Shown here: one piece after another, positions 37,740-52,753 of the stretch
Numbering within the stretch: the first letter of the stretch is position 1
Layout: every line of letters starts with the position of its first letter
Source: Octopus vulgaris
Lineage: Eukaryota
Length of the DNA stretch: 64,000 bases
Assembly: GCA_951406725.2 (NCBI GenBank)
Contig: OX597818.1
Location: forward strand, 114,142,001-114,206,000
Direction: 5' to 3'
The notes under the pieces: model-generated
Told to the model about the DNA's origin: nothing
Database searches by the model: none
The model's input: only the letters and a program-made list of their open reading frames with translations
Translations under genes and position numbers: made by a program

Positions 37740-38330
37740 GTACCCAAAAGTAAGTGAAAACGTTCTCTGTGGAACAAATTCGCTGGAACCACTTGATGCG
37801 ATCCTCACGCAGCAGTCTTCCTACCGGTGTCATGCAGTGTGGTCGTACTGCCACGTGGAGCGCCTTTGTTCTGCAGTGCTTCTCCCTGTTCGTTTGCTAT
37901 GGATGAAACGAAAGAACAGCGTGCTTTTGTGAAATTCTGTTTTCTGCTGGGGTAAACGGCGGCTGAAACAGTTGTCATGCTTCAAACAGCTTACTAGGAC
38001 GCTGCCATGAGCCAAACACAAGTTTACGAGTGGTTTTCACGCTTTAGGAATGGTGACTTGTCGCCGCTTGAAGACTAATCACGTTCAGGACGACCGTCGA
38101 CCTCCCGAACTAATGAAAACATCATGAAAATTCATGAACTGATTTTGGAGGACCGTCACTGAACAAATGACGTTGATATGACTAGTGTGTCCTGGAGCGC
38201 CTGCCAACGATTTTTGAGTGTAGGATTGCGAATGAAAAGAGTTGCAGCCAAATTTGTGCCTAGCTTGTTCACGGAAGATCAAAAGCAGTCACGACTGAAT
38301 CCGTGACGTGAACTGAAAGAACAGTTGGAA
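37740..38330 (+). mobile_element. Mariner transposase N-terminal remnant
   Basis: AETVVMLQTAY..AMSQTQVYEWFSRF, SGRPSTSRT and AAKFVP (WVPxxL-like), interrupted by stops. Confidence 0.75.
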
Positions 38331-39354
38331 AAGAGTTACCTGTATCATGATTATTCGTGATGGGTACCAAAATGCCAATTTCAGGATTTCTGTTCAATAT
38401 TCTATAAATAGTGCAAAAGCTGTAAGACGTGACAAGGATCGCAACAACGGAGACTACGAAGCCGTGGCCGAAACAGAGAGACTCAGCAGGCGTTCCGATT
38501 GCGTCAGCACGACGGGGTTTATCCCTATACCTTGGATCAGGGCTTAGGGTCAATTCAGACGGCTATGTGAAGCTGCTGGATGACTGCGGTCAAACCCTAG
38601 CTGGAGAGGGTTGTTGCTGGAAAGCTATATGAGTAGCAGAAGGATTCGGATCTTTGCCATACCTCCGGAAACAGTCAGAAGTGGTTGTCAGATAATTTTT
38701 TCTACAACACCAGCTCCTGGAGGAGCGTATATTTTAGATGAAAAAAGAACCTTGTTCCTCTTAATTTTGAAAAATAAAATTATAAAAAACCGCATTATTT
38801 ATGGGACGACCCAATATTTATGTAATAAAAAATGTGGAAGTATCACAAACAGAATTTTTCAACATACCAACAGGCATCAATCCTGTGATAGTATATCTTT
38901 CATCTTCTTTATTTTATCGTATTATTTGATTCAGTCATTAAAGTGTGGCCATGCTGGAGCACCGTTTCGAAGAATTTTCGTCACACGAATCAACCCTAGT
39001 TCTTCATTATTTTCAAAGCCCGCTACTGATTCTATCGATGTCTTTTGTCAAACTGGTTGTCAAGAGGTGATGCAGGACAAACACAGACACACATACGAAT
39101 AGGGATACGACGAGCTTTCAATTTCCGTCTACCAAATTCACTCACGAGGCCAGTGACTCTAATAGAAGACACTTCCCTAAGGTATCAGGCTGTGGGACTG
39201 AACTCGGAAGCGTTGTGGTTAGGAAGCTTACTTCTTAGCACACAACTACGTCAATTTTTAAACTTTGTTTGAATTTATAATTATTTTTAGATTCGTCGCT
39301 CTCGTCGTCGTCATCATCATCATCATCATCATCATCACTACCACCACCACCACT

Positions 39355-39385
<31 letters not shown>

Positions 39386-39845
39386 CCACCACCACCACCA
39401 CCACCACCACCACCACCACTATCATCATCATCATCATCATCATCATCACCATATACCTGAGTCGTTGAATGGTAAAAATGAAAACTGGAGATGTACCACC
39501 AGAAATAGACATCTGCTGGTTGGTGACAGCTGTCGCCCTGGACATAGAGGACAAAGCAAACATTCTACAGGTGCGCAAACTGCATAAAAAAAAAACTGGT
39601 TGAGTTGTCGATTCAAATGGATAAAGAAAACTTAGAACTAATTCCGAATATCAGAACTTTGCAACACAGCACTAATCTTCACATGGCCGTTGAGGAAAGA
39701 AAGACGAGGTGCCACCTGTGTTCAAAAGGCCTTCTGCATACACCAAAAGAGAGTAGAGAGCCGCCATATTTGCCAACACCTCCATTTCTACCACCACCAC
39801 CACCACCACCACCACAACAGCAACAACAACAACAGCAGCAGCAGT

Positions 39846-40212
39846 GGAGGCGCAATGGCCCAATGGTTAGGGCAGCGGACTCGCGGTCGGAGGATCGCGG
39901 TTTCGATTCCCAGACCGGGCTTTGTGTGTGTTTATTGAGCGAAATCACCTAAAAGCTCCACGAGGCTCCGGCAGGGGGTGGTGGCGACCCCTGTTGTACT
40001 CTTTCGCTCCAACTTTCTCTCACTCTTTCTTCCTGTTTCTCGTCCTCGACTTCCTACTCAACCACTGAGCCTGGATGTGCATTCATCAATCCGTCGATGC
40101 TCTTGGTGTCGGGGGTTGACCTGCTTTCTCTTCTGCGGGTCTTACGAATAGCAAAGTAACAACGTTTCGGACTTCTCCCATCTTGCGAGCTCTGAGACGA
40201 AGACCATTCGCT
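39846..40212 (+). mobile_element. tRNA(Arg-like)-headed SINE, tail type 3
   Basis: Same head as 7017 with an unrelated tail, ending in (CAA/CAG)n. Confidence 0.85.
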
Positions 40213-40276
40213 CAACAGAAACAGCAACAGCAGCAACATCAAGAACAACGACAATAGATGCAACAGCAGCAAACGT

Positions 40277-40751
40277 GGAGGCGCAATGGACCAGTGGTGA
40301 GGGCAGCAGACTCGCGGTCGTAAGAACGCGGTTCGATTCCCAGACCATGCATTGTGAGAGTTTATTGAGCAAAAACACCTAAGCTCCACGAGGCTCCGTG
40401 GGGTGGGAGTGAACATCGCTGTACTCTTTCACCACAACTTTCTCTCACTCTTTCTTCCTACTTCTGCCACAAAGGCAGAGGAACCAAGGTGTAACCCACT
40501 ATGGTGAGGTAAACTTTCAGACCCTAGTCTAGATTGCGAATCCTCTGTACCCCAGGATGGTTCAGCTCTCCACCCGATAGAAGTCACCGTTTACGGAATG
40601 AGGATAACAACGTAGCTTTCGCGCCCGTGCAACCGCCAGTCTATCGCGTGTGGTGGGTGGATCTTCAAGTTGCCACACGCATTCTTAGTAGCTTAGAGTA
40701 GGCTCGAATTAGAGATTATTCTTTGTGGCTAATGGCGTGAGTCCTGAGGGG
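40277..40751 (+). mobile_element. tRNA(Arg-like)-headed SINE, tail type 4
   Basis: Same head with an unrelated tail, ending in (GAA)n at 40751-40862. Confidence 0.8.
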
Positions 40752-41139
40752 AAGAAGAAGAAGAAGAAGAAGAAGAAGAAGAAGAAGAAGAAGAAGAAGA
40801 AGAAGAAGAAGAAGAAGAAGAAGAAGAAGAAGAAGAAGAAGAAGAAGAAGAAGAAGAAGAAGACAGCAGCAAACAAAACAGAGAACTCACTAACATTTCT
40901 GTCTTCCACATATAAGACAGCAGCAAAAACAATAGCATCAGAACCTCTCAAAATAAGAATTTTATTTATTTCTTTATTGCCCACAAGGGGTTAAACATAG
41001 AGGGTACAAACAAGGGATTAAGTGGATAATATCGACCCCAGTACGCAACTGATACTTATTTAATCGACTCCGAAAATGAAAAGCGAAGCCGATCTCGGCG
41101 GAATTTGAACTTATAACGTAAAGACAATCGAAATACCGC

Positions 41140-42480
41140 TAAGCATGTAAAAAGGTTGTTGCAAAGCCCTTGCAGATACTCTTTCAGTGTTTCCTTGCAT
41201 ATGGTAAACTTCTCAACATGCTAAAAGAGTGTATAATATGCCCTCTCCATAAAAGAGGGATACTAAAAACTACAGGCCCATCTCTCAGACATCACATGTT
41301 AGCAAGACAATGGAACGCATTGTCAGAAAAAGGCTGATCACGTTCCCAGAAGAAAACAACCTTCTCACAAACACGCAACAAGGCTTCCGTCCAGGAAAGA
41401 GCTGCCTCACACCGTTGCTGCAGCACTTTGGCTCGCTACTGAAGCAACAGCTAAGCCAGTCAGCTGTAGATATGATATACTTCGACTTTGCCAAGACCTT
41501 AGACAAGATTGGTCATGGCATGATATATCATATGCTGCAAAACCTTGGTGTTCATCATCATTGTTGGACCGTGGTCGAGACAATGGAATTTACCATGCTA
41601 CGCCAGACTTCACGGTCCATCATGGCATTACGGAGGTCCTGTTGCTGGATGCCTGTATCCCTGGAGATTACATCAGGGTAGGAGAGTGTGCGCCCTCTGG
41701 TATTGCGAGTAGATGGCTTCCAGAGGAGAAGAGTAGAAATTACCTCTTTTTCAGCTCTACAACAATGTCCAGCAAACTGGACTCTCTTACCTTTCACAAG
41801 AGATGATACAGGTGGTAGTTTCCCATATATTTGCATTTTGGTTGGATGGCGCTTCCACGAGAGATTTTGAGCTCTGATAAGGAGGCGAGTGTAGGTTCCA
41901 TCCAACCGCCTCTCAAGCTTGGTATTACCAGGAAACTGGTAGAATGGCTGCATGATTTTCTCAAAGGTAGGAGTCAGACAGCTGTAGCCAATGGTGCTCA
42001 CTCAGAAGAGACACTAATTCTCATCGGAATCCCACGGGGAACTGTACTGGGGCCACTACTATTTGCGGTGGCCCTCTCAGGCATGCTGTCCGCGGTACAG
42101 TCAGCCAATCTGACCACTTATGCTGACGAGACAAAAGTATCGCAGGCAGTTAAGAGGACATCATAGAACTGCAGAAAGACCTGAACGAAATATACAAATG
42201 GGCAAAGAAAACCAACATGCAGTTCAATGCTGTGAAATTGCAGGCACTCCACTATCGGCCCAACACTAGGCTAAAATCGGAATACACTGGACCAGAACGT
42301 AATGCAATCCTAGAGTCAGAGTCGGTGCGTGATCTGGGGGTTCACATGAGCAATGATGCAACATTCCATGTGCATATTATCAAGATGGCAACACTGTGCA
42401 GGCGAGTGGCTGGATGGATTCTGAGGACATTCAGAACCAGGAAAAGGGAAGCCCGCTATTCCTATGGAAGACTTTCGTCC
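41140..42480 (+). pseudogene. CR1/Jockey-group RT remnant interrupted by a nested insertion
   Basis: NYRPISQTS, QQGFRPGKSC and YFDFAKTLDKI precede the insertion. It resumes after 41918 with WLHDFL, GIPRGTVLGPLLF, YADETK, MQFNAVK and RDLGV. Confidence 0.88.
41552..41918 (-). mobile_element. RTE-like LINE 3' fragment nested in the CR1-like remnant
   Basis: RLDGTYTRLLIRAQNLSWKRH...FAGHC...DREVWR followed by a short (GAT)n tail. CTTGGT(G/A)TT is duplicated at both junctions. Confidence 0.8.
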
Positions 42481-42655
42481 TCAACCAGGAATTAAAAGCT
42501 CACTTTTCTTAATGTTTCTTCAAACTTCTTTCTACTATTCGCTCCCAGCTTGGGCTACTGAGCCCAACTATGGTCTCCAGAGAGGAGAGTGTGAAACAAA
42601 CTGTGAAACTCAAAGCAATCCAATACCAATACACATGCATACATATATATGTATG

Positions 42656-42713
<58 letters not shown>

Positions 42714-44136
42714 ATCCAAACAAGAAAACACAGAAAAAGAGAGAAAAAAAACAGCAACGCGAGGACGTGGAACAATTAAAGTAATATTGACGCCCAGGAA
42801 AGAAGGGAAATATATATACATACGCATAAGCATATTAAAAGGAGGTCATGGGATAAGTCATTTAAATAAAAGGGGTCTTTGTTAGTGAAAAGGATGGAAG
42901 CCACTGGTATACGCAATTAGTTGAAACTATAAAAGCCTGGCTGTGTGATGAGAAGAGAGAGTAAAAGATAGACGCAAAGTGAAAAATAAGATAGATGTTG
43001 CTTGTGACTTCTCTGAGGGAAAAATGAGAGGCATCTTACCTCTGCGACATATGTCGTGTATGAAGAAGGTATAATTCTGTTTAGAATTTCCTGTTTATAA
43101 TAATTCCGTAACTAAACTGGTTCAAAGTAACAATGTATATTTCCTAACTTTTCTCGGTTGAAATGTACTTGACCCCAAGGTGGAATGAAGTTGATATTTG
43201 ACTCTCATCAATTTCTTTGTGCAAATCTAGAGAATAGTAGAAACATTAAAAAAACACTGAGCTTTTAATTCCAGGTTGAGGATCCTGGATTTAATACCTT
43301 CAGCTATTAATCAGACAGATTCCTCTGTTCACCAAGGGAATATTAACTTTTCTGCACTACACCAGAATAAATCCATAGCTTTTGAGCTAATTCTGTATTT
43401 AGTAAACAGATAGAAACATCTGGTTCTCTCAAACAATATTTTTGCTGACATGAAACATGGGATTTGCTCTATTTGTCTCACAACGATCGAATAACTCTTC
43501 TAACAATTCATGTGATTGTGCTTATCAAACCACTTTTGCTAATACCTCAGTAAACTATATAAATCTATTTACATAGACAGCATATTCGCGGCTGTTTCTT
43601 CCATTTCCATGGCACGTTGTTTTATTTCAAAGGAATGCTAAATTGTAGAATCTCTCTCGCTGTCTCTCTCTACCTCTATCCTCTTGTCTCTGTCTCGCTC
43701 TCTCTCTCTTTGCAAGCAAAGACAGTATTTCGTTTTGCTGCCATAACATACTACAGAGTATATCAAATGCCTTACATTTGTGTTACTAGAACTTAGACGA
43801 TATTAAATACACACACACACACGCACACACACACACACACATATAGGAGTGGCTGTGTGGTAAGTAGCTTTCTTACCAACCACATGATTCCACGTTCAGT
43901 CTCACTGCGTGGCACCTTGGGTAAGTGTCTTCTACTACAGCCTCGTTATCTTTCATTATCTCTTAAAGCGTTTGCATTAGAACGATTTCTCAGCGAACCA
44001 TTTTGAATATAAGGACCTTTTGTTGTAACAAATGGTTCAGATTCCCTTATTTCAGAATTTCTACAACGTGTTCTTCACTTGTCACTTCCATCGACATTTC
44101 AACTAAAGTCTTTTCAAGGAGGACTTATTTAGTATC

Positions 44137-44445
44137 CTCAATCACAAAATGGCTCGCATTTTCTTTGGCCATTTTAACTTTCGTAGCAACTGGTTCGTTT
44201 TCATTTTCAACACTTTTCTTTCTTCCTTATCGTATACCTTGTTGTCGGCTGGGCATGTTATATCTATGATCCAGCATAGTTTGTTTTCTTTCTCAATTAA
44301 TGTCCGGCTTCCTATTCTCCATCTCACGGTCGCACCGAATCATAAAATCCCATAGGATCTTTGCATTTCCATTATTGATGATGCCTTCAAGTTTGTGGTC
44401 GTACCAATTTTTTGCTCAGTCAAGTCCATACATGCTGCAAAGTGT
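44137..44445 (-). pseudogene. Restriction-like endonuclease fragment of an R4-type LINE
   Basis: KILWDF...EKENKLCWIIDITCPAD..KEERK resembles the C-terminus of the element at 25051-25983. Confidence 0.7.
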
Positions 44446-44977
44446 CCAGTTGTGACCAACCTGTTTTACACCCAGTGTTTCGAGACCTATATTATGTACT
44501 TCCTGTTTTAATGCGTTGATGGTGTTGTTGTTGTTGTTAGAGGGATATTAAACTGTTGTTTCTTGCTGGTTCAGCAATCAATTACGGGCAATCTTATTGA
44601 TCCGCTTGGTTTCATATTGTTCTAGTTGGTTGATTTTGTTTTACCTTAATCTCTTGGTTAATCGTTTATCTTAGGCCATAATTTCGTGTCTATTTATAGC
44701 TGTCGTAATGTATATTATTACACATTCTGTCTGTACTTGCTGACGTAAATAAGGCCAGAAAATGTCAGTGTAAGTGGATCGCATACGTCCCACCGCGCGT
44801 GTCAGTGACTATCATTGTACACACACATAAATACATAAATTCACAAATATGTGTGGGTGCGCCTATGAGGGAAAGGGGAGCAAGAGAAAGAAAAAGGCAA
44901 AGAGGAGGAGAAAAATTGACGGACAGAGAATATTCAGAACAATCAAGAAAAAGGGAAAAAGTCAAGGAGGGGAAAGA

Positions 44978-45036
<59 letters not shown>

Positions 45037-45045
45037 TATAGATTA

Positions 45046-45126
<81 letters not shown>

Positions 45127-46474
45127 AAGTGAGAGAAAAAGAGAGTGATTATTCTTTTCAATTTGATGTGGACAACGCTTTGAAATTTCAGTATAACACA
45201 AACTTCTTTTTTCCCTTTCTTCTTTTTTTTCTATTCCCCCTCTTTCTTTCCCTCCCATTGTTTACCTATCAACATATTTGTAAATATACACATTTTCTCA
45301 CAAAGGCCAGGTGAGCTTTCAAGATGTCAATTTTAAGACGTAGTATGAAACAAATAAGAGGACAGGGTGCGGTTATCACTGAAAAATAAAAGTGTTCGAA
45401 GTCCTATGAAAATGTATAGTCTTTTACACTTGTATAGTCAAATCCCATATTCTATGTAATTCCATGTTTTTCACGAACGAACATTAAATATTAGCTCAAC
45501 ATTCCTAAATTAGGAAAATAAAACCAGAATATAAAACAAGAATATCAGTTCGGTATTGTTTATAATTCAATCTATTCGCTATGTACATTTAATAAAAGGT
45601 CATAAATGAGTTTTGTAATAATATGTTTAATATATATATTTAGCTGGACGTCACTCCGTAGGATATAAATGTCTATTTATAGCTGTCGTAATGCTCTTTT
45701 TACTCTTTTACTTGTTTCAGTCATTTGACTGTGGCCATTCTGGAGCACCGCCTTTAATCGAGCAAATCGACCCCAGGACTTATTCTATCGGTCTCTTTTG
45801 CCGAACTGCTAAGTTACGGGGACGTAAACACACCACCATCAGTTGTCAAGCGAATTTGAGAGGACAAACACAGACGCACAAACATATACGACGGGTTTCT
45901 TCTTCTTCTTCTTCTTCTTCTTCTTCTTCTTCTTCTTCTTCTTCTTCTTCTTCTTCTTCTTCTTCTTCATCTTACTGCAGAGTAATCAGAAATTACTCTG
46001 CAGTTAATAAACTACAGCAGTCAATTTCTACCCTTATTTAATTTTAAATAAAAAAAAAATGTTCTCTAACCGGTAAATTGACTACTGTAGTTAATTAACT
46101 GCAGAGTAAGTTCCGATCTCAGCGCGCCAAAGGGAAGGCATTTGAAAGATACACATAAAGATAATTTGTAGAACATTATACATACTGCATTTCGGTTGAG
46201 CGTTCTGTATCTAGTTCTGGAAATTGTGTTTTGTAAACGACAGACTATGCTGATGATCTTGCAGATGTTTGCCTGTCCATATACGTAAATATTAACAAGT
46301 GAAACCAATGGTACATAGGTAATCGTTTTTTATTTCTTATATTTTCATTTGTCTTGCTTATTTTTACACTTTGGTTTTTTCCTGAGACTTTTCTTGAGAA
46401 CACATTCTTCGTGGTAAATGTCTATATGTCTAGCATATAGGCTGTCCACTTTTAGTGGCCAGTCCTCTAAATTT

Positions 46475-46575
<101 letters not shown>

Positions 46576-47424
46576 ATACATATACATTGAGAAAAAATGT
46601 CGTCAGAATTTTGGAAAAAATATTTTTAGTTCATCATTATTAGCGCTTTCGTTCCTTTCTCGAACTTGTCAAATAATATTGTGTGAATGTACAAATAGCT
46701 TGTACATTTATATAAAACAGATGTTTTTTGGGGAGGTTTTGTTTAGAAGAAAACATTGTTTTTGTTTTTCTTCGGTGGGTTGAGGTTCCATGACAACGTA
46801 GATGAATAGATAGATAGAAATATAGGTAGGTAGATAGGCTGATAGATAGATAGAAGGATAGCTAGTCAGACAGATAGACAGATAGAAAGCGAGAGAGAGG
46901 GAGGAAAGGGGAATCCTCCTTCCTAGTCACCATTCATCTATTTAGTTATTTAGTCCTTAACCATTGTATTGGAATAGGTTTAAGGATGGTAACCTCTTAA
47001 AAAAAGCAACAAAAATGAGGTGCTGTTTGATCATAACTGAAAGTCATTTTGCTTTCTTCCTCTCTTCTCCTTTCCCCCATTTCTTTCTTTTTCTCCTCCT
47101 CGAGTTATATTTAGAATACAATGTGTACTGTCATCCCTTCCAAACATTCAATTTTGGAGGGAAGTTAATGTAGTTCTGCATGAATAAAAATTAGTATATT
47201 TGCAAATAAACAATTTAATAAATAGATATATTATCTATAGTTATCGCCATATTAGTATGGCGATAACTATTAATACCCAGTAACGCTGCCGTAATCTCCT
47301 TTAGAGAGACTTAGTAATTTTAATATTTCTATTATTGAAAACAAGTGGATGTATTCCACTGTAACTAGGTAAATAAAATCTTCGAACAGACGGTCAGTAG
47401 CGACACCTGCTGGTTCTGGCTACG

Positions 47425-47465
47425 CTGCATTGATAAAGGGCAACAACCCTGAAACATGTCTGCAG
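47425..47465 (+). ncRNA. Degenerate minimal hammerhead
   Basis: CTGCA-TTGATAA-AGGG caacaa CCCT-GAAA-CATG-TC-TGCAG. The stems are perfect and the triplet is GUC, but the core has C3U and G8A. Confidence 0.65.
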
Positions 47466-49227
47466 ATGTCTGACTAGCAAGGTGAAGCGGCTGACCTCCC
47501 CTGTTCGAAGGTTGTAATGGACGCAGGTTCGTGTGTCAAATAGCTAGCTAGAGGCGATGGCCTCTTGGAGCTAATCAGCGACAGCTTTAGTCTTATTTAT
47601 AGACTGCCATATTAGTATGGCGATAACAATTGATACTAAATAAGTCCTCCTTGAGAAGACTTTAGATGAAATGTCGATGGAAGTGACAAGTGAAGAAAAT
47701 GATGTAGAAATTCTGAAATAAGAGAATCTGAGCCATTTTTTATAAGAAAAGGTCCTTATGTTGAAAAGGGTTCGCTGAGGAATCGTTCCAATGCAAACAC
47801 TTTAAGAGATAGCCCATCCAGTTTCTGCCGAGAAAAGTTTAACGAAAGGAAAAGGCGTAGAAATGCTAAAGATACAAATAATAATGATGTGTAACTTTTG
47901 CAGAAAAAGAAAATATATAATTCAGCATAGAACAAGAAGAAATTGAAATAAGAGAAAAATAATTCTGGTTAGAAGGAGAAGAAATGAAAACAAAAACAAA
48001 AAAACAAAAACAAAACAAGGATGTTGTGTTGAAAGAGAAAAAATAATTCTGTGTGGAACAAGAAAAAATTTATATAAAAAAAGTAATTCTGATTAGAAGT
48101 AAAAATAATTAAAAAAATGTGAGGTGTTGTGGTGGACGCCCCCAGGTGCAAAGTGGGCTGGTTCACTACTAAGAAATAATGGATTTACACAGTTAGCGAG
48201 GTACGCTGTTTGGGCCAATCCCGCAGAAAGAAAGAAGTACGTCGTCATTATGTGGGACATAGCAGTAAATATACATTTGTGTGTGTACAATGATAGTCAC
48301 TGACACGCGCGGTGGGACGTATGCGATCCACTTACACTGACATTTTCTGGCCTTATTTACGTCAGCAAGTACAAACAATGTGTAATAATATACATTACGA
48401 CAGCTATAAATAGACACGAAATTATGGCCAAAGATAAACGATTAACCAAGAGATTAAGGTAAAACAAAATCAACCAACTAGAAAATATGAAACCAAGCGG
48501 ATCAATAAGATTGCCCGTAATTGATTGCTGAACCAGCAAGAAACAACAGTTAAATATCCCTCTAACAACAACACCATCAACGCATTAAAACAGGAAGTAC
48601 ATAATATAGGCCTCGAAACATTGGGTATAAAGCAGGTTGGTCACAACTGGAATGTCTTTGACTACAGGTCTGCTCATTTAGGGTTAACTTAACGAAACGA
48701 ATATCAAAAGCTAAACTCTCAACCTGATCTTGTTAAATAGATATTAAGGTTTACACGGGTTGATCTTGATAGATTCAGGTTCATCTCGAAACCATTGTTA
48801 GCAGATTATCTTAAGAAATGCCTTTTGTATACAACTCGGAAAATGATTTTTATCGTACAGATCCACTGCCTGGATGCTAACAAAGTATCTCCAAGCAAGG
48901 CTTAATAGCGCTTACGCACGCATATAATGGGCCTTTCTAAATATCTGGTTAAAATCAGCCACCAAAGTAAGAACGGCTGTATTACAATCTTTAAAAATCG
49001 TTGGAAAAAGGCCCATGCTCGTGGGACATTGATGGAGACCTAAGCAAGAATTCATTTGAGATAAACTCCTGTGGATACCATCGATGACCAAATACTGTTT
49101 GGACATATTGCCCAGCTGGTCTCTAAAGCGTAATGTGGAAGCTTAATGGGGTGTGGCGGTCAGGGTTAGGTGTTCGAGTCAGGTAAATTTAAGCAAATTT
49201 GCCTTAAAGACCATGATGACTATATAT

Positions 49228-49360
<133 letters not shown>

Positions 49361-49716
49361 TATGTTTTACTTTTGCACAAGCTGGCTCCAAGTCTCACCC
49401 AGAGACGTCAAGAGACAACAAGTTGGAAGTTCATGTTGGTGTTATGCCTAGGGTGCCATATATTTGGTTTTGTACTTAGTGTTGTACTAGTGAATGTTTA
49501 AGAAACCATAAGAAAAGTATGTTTGTTTTAAAACTTGAGATTACATAGAAAGTATTTTGCGTAGGGTATGAGCAGTTCCCATGAGCACTAGCTTTTGAAT
49601 TTCTGCCATTTTTGGGGGTTTACTGGTATCTGAGCTAGGTAGCAATCAGCCCCTTTTGCTTTCATTCCAGGGGCACCTATGACAACAGGTATTGTTTTAG
49701 TCTTCAGGTTCCACAT

Positions 49717-49719
<3 letters not shown>
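49361..49719 (-). mobile_element. 5'-truncated 3' end of the R4/Dong-type LINE, within (TAA)n
   Basis: Matches 24876-25228, with ATT repeats on both sides. Confidence 0.9.
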
Positions 49720-49812
<93 letters not shown>

Positions 49813-50016
49813 TAAAAGTCACAATACATGTATTAAAGCGCCACTAATAGTTTCATATGTTGAGAGAATTCCAACATATTCTTCAGGCGCAAACCACATA
49901 TCATACCGAACTAAAAAATTGAATAAATAGAAGAAACGGGATGAAGCTGAGAAAGCAGTATATAGAAAACGCAGACAGTAAACAACGGAAAGCGAAAAGC
50001 GGAAAAAGAAACTAAA

Positions 50017-51350
50017 GTGTCAAAAGGTAAAAGGTGCTATCCCCCTGAGGCCTTAAATGCTAAGTCTGGAAAGATAAAAGATACTATGATATCTATGAAG
50101 AAGTTAAATTCCTCGCATATTTATGATAGATTAGAATGCTTAGCTAAGAGAGAGGCGTTCATTACTTTAAAAGACTATTATCCACATTTTCATAATAATC
50201 CTTCCAGTGGATTGTTAAACCCAACGAGATCTGAAATTGGGCTAGTAGTTAAAAAATACTTAGGAGTATTAATATTAGAATTAAGGAAATTACTGGGCTT
50301 CAACAATAGAACAACAGTTTTACTGTAATAGATTGGTTTAAGAATATCAAGAATAAGAATAAGGCTAAATTTACCCAGTTTGATATCATAGACTTTTATC
50401 CCTTTGTATCTAGATCGCTACTTGATAAAGCTATTGAACTTACTAATTCATACGTTGAAATTGACCCTATAGATCTAGATTTTATCAGGCATACGAGAAC
50501 ACTTTTGTTCACTAAAGGTTTAGCATGAGTAAAAATGTTGCATAGTGATGAACTATTTGATGCATCCATGGGGTCATGTGATAGTGCTGATGTCTGTGAT
50601 CTTGTGGGTGTATTAAACACATTGAGATATAGATACCCAGCTCATGACATTGGCCTATACCGTGACGACGGTTTAGGTATTTCCCTTGGGTGTAATGGTT
50701 ACACCCTTGATAGATTTAGGAAGGAATTAATTTCAACATTTAATCTATTAGGACTTAAAATAACCGTAGCTATTAATCTCTGTATAGTTCATTACTTAGA
50801 TGGTTCCCTAGATTTAAACTCCTCGTATAAACCTTTCCATAAGCCTAATGAGAAACTCACATATATACATAAACAATCTTGTTACCTTCCTGTAGTATTT
50901 AAAAACCTGATAGCTAATATCAGTAACAGAGTGTCTAACCTCTCTTCTTCCAAAGAAATTTTCGACGAAGCTGCTCCCTATTATAAAAAGGCCTTAACCA
51001 AGAGTGATTTCAAATATAAATTGAAATATAAACCCTCTATTAATCAAAATATATACTTAGCAGATCTAGTGGTATCAAAGATAAAGTAGTACCTAACCAT
51101 TCTAGTATTAATCAGGATAATAAGTAACCAAAAAAATAGGACAACGAAAATTATTTGGTTCGCCCCTCTCTTTTCCCTTAGTATCAAAACTAACATTGGT
51201 AAAAAATTCCTGTCACTCCTAGACAAACACTCTCCAGCTACTCACAGATACAGGAAAATATTCAATAGGCGTTCTGTGAAATTATCATATAGCTTCCGCC
51301 GTTTAATACTATATATTAACAATATTAAATCTCTGAGCGACAAGTAAACG
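50017..51350 (+). pseudogene. Penelope-like element RT remnant
   Basis: AFITLKD..F.NNP..LLNP.RSEIG, FTQFDIIDFYP, FDASMGSCDSADVCDLVG, GLYRDDGLG, YLD, YKPFHKPN and IIWFAP..TNIGKKFLSLLDKH, with stops and frameshifts. Confidence 0.9.
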
Positions 51351-51578
51351 AGAGCAGTACGGAATCGTAAAATATAATTGCCAGCTAGATGTGGCGGTCC
51401 CACATGGGACGACGCTACTCTTGTTTTTAGCCCCAGGAGAACCTCTCCTCCGGCTGGCTAACGACAAACTGTCTGTGTCCGATTAGTATTTGCGAAGGGA
51501 AAATACCGTTCCCATCTCTACTGACGGGAAATCATTGTTCCCATCTCTATTTGGTTGCATTTTCCTTCGCTTTTTGGG

Positions 51579-51653
<75 letters not shown>

Positions 51654-52079
51654 TTTTGGGGTTTGGTTTGCAAGATTCTTTATATGAGTTCGTGTGTTGA
51701 AGCATATTCTGTTGTTTTCTGGGGAGAGTCATTCTCTTTTAGTGCCTTATTATTTAACACACTCATTAATTAACTAATTTATATTTTATTCTAGTTTTAT
51801 ATTTAATTTTATTTTAATTGTATTTTTAAATACTTATGCGGGTGCGTGCAGGATAAACCTTTTTCACGTTTACTGTTGAGAAGCTTATGCGTAGAAGTTA
51901 AAATTTGGAAGATTTCACCAATACATAAATTACAGCGTTTATCATCTATTTTATAAGATTTTGCATGGCTGATTATTTCCCACTTTAGATTATATTCCTC
52001 TTTTTTTTTTGTCTTTTAACTCCCATATTAATTTTCTTAGACTGGTGCTGGTTAAATTATTTCTGTTTCTAAATACGTT

Positions 52080-52620
52080 TTCAACGATAGCTTTGATATA
52101 ACAATGGGATCAGCTAACTCAGCACAAGTCACTAATTTAGTGGGTTTATATATTTCATTCAACTTAAGTAGGGAATTTCCTGAACTTGGTGTGGGGGTTG
52201 AGTCTGTACTTTTTACGCTTAGAAACCTCTCTAATAGAAAACTGGAATTATATAAGAAGAAATTTTATAAATTCTTCAAAAATATATGACTGTCCATAAC
52301 TATCGAAAATGAGCATAATTCGGTCAACGTCTTAGATGTTAACCTTAACATTATCACTGAGAAGCATAAACCCTACAATAAACCTAACACTTACCTAAGA
52401 TATATAAACTTTGAAAGTAATCATCCAAAATCTGTCACAAATATTTTGGTCGGGAATATTTGAAAAAGAATTTCATATCTTTCATCAAATGAAAAAATTT
52501 TCAACAATGTAGATTATTATAACTTAGCACTTAGTGAAGCAGGATATAAACAAAAGTTAAAATATTATGATCAAAAAGAAAATTGCAGTAATATGAATAA
52601 TTTAGGTAAGACGGAAAGTA
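52080..52620 (+). pseudogene. Second Penelope-like RT fragment
   Basis: FDITMGSANSAQVTNLVGLYI, VNVLDVNLN and KPYNKPN..YINFESNHPK. Confidence 0.8.
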
Positions 52621-52753
52621 ACCAAAAATTTGGTTGAAATAAATAAAATATTTGAGATTTGTATGTTTTGTTTTATGTATGTATTTTCATGCATATAACT
52701 ATATCTGACATGCTCATATCTGACATGCTCATATCTGACATATTCATATATAT

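Noticed and set aside
45973-46110. Short nested inverted repeats of ~35 bp
   Set aside because: Probably a MITE end fragment; too little evidence to classify.
51490-51570. Hairpin GCGAAGGGAAAAT...ATTTTCCTTCGC downstream of the PLE RT remnant
   Set aside because: It contains CTGACGG but no complete HHR core, and no function can be supported.
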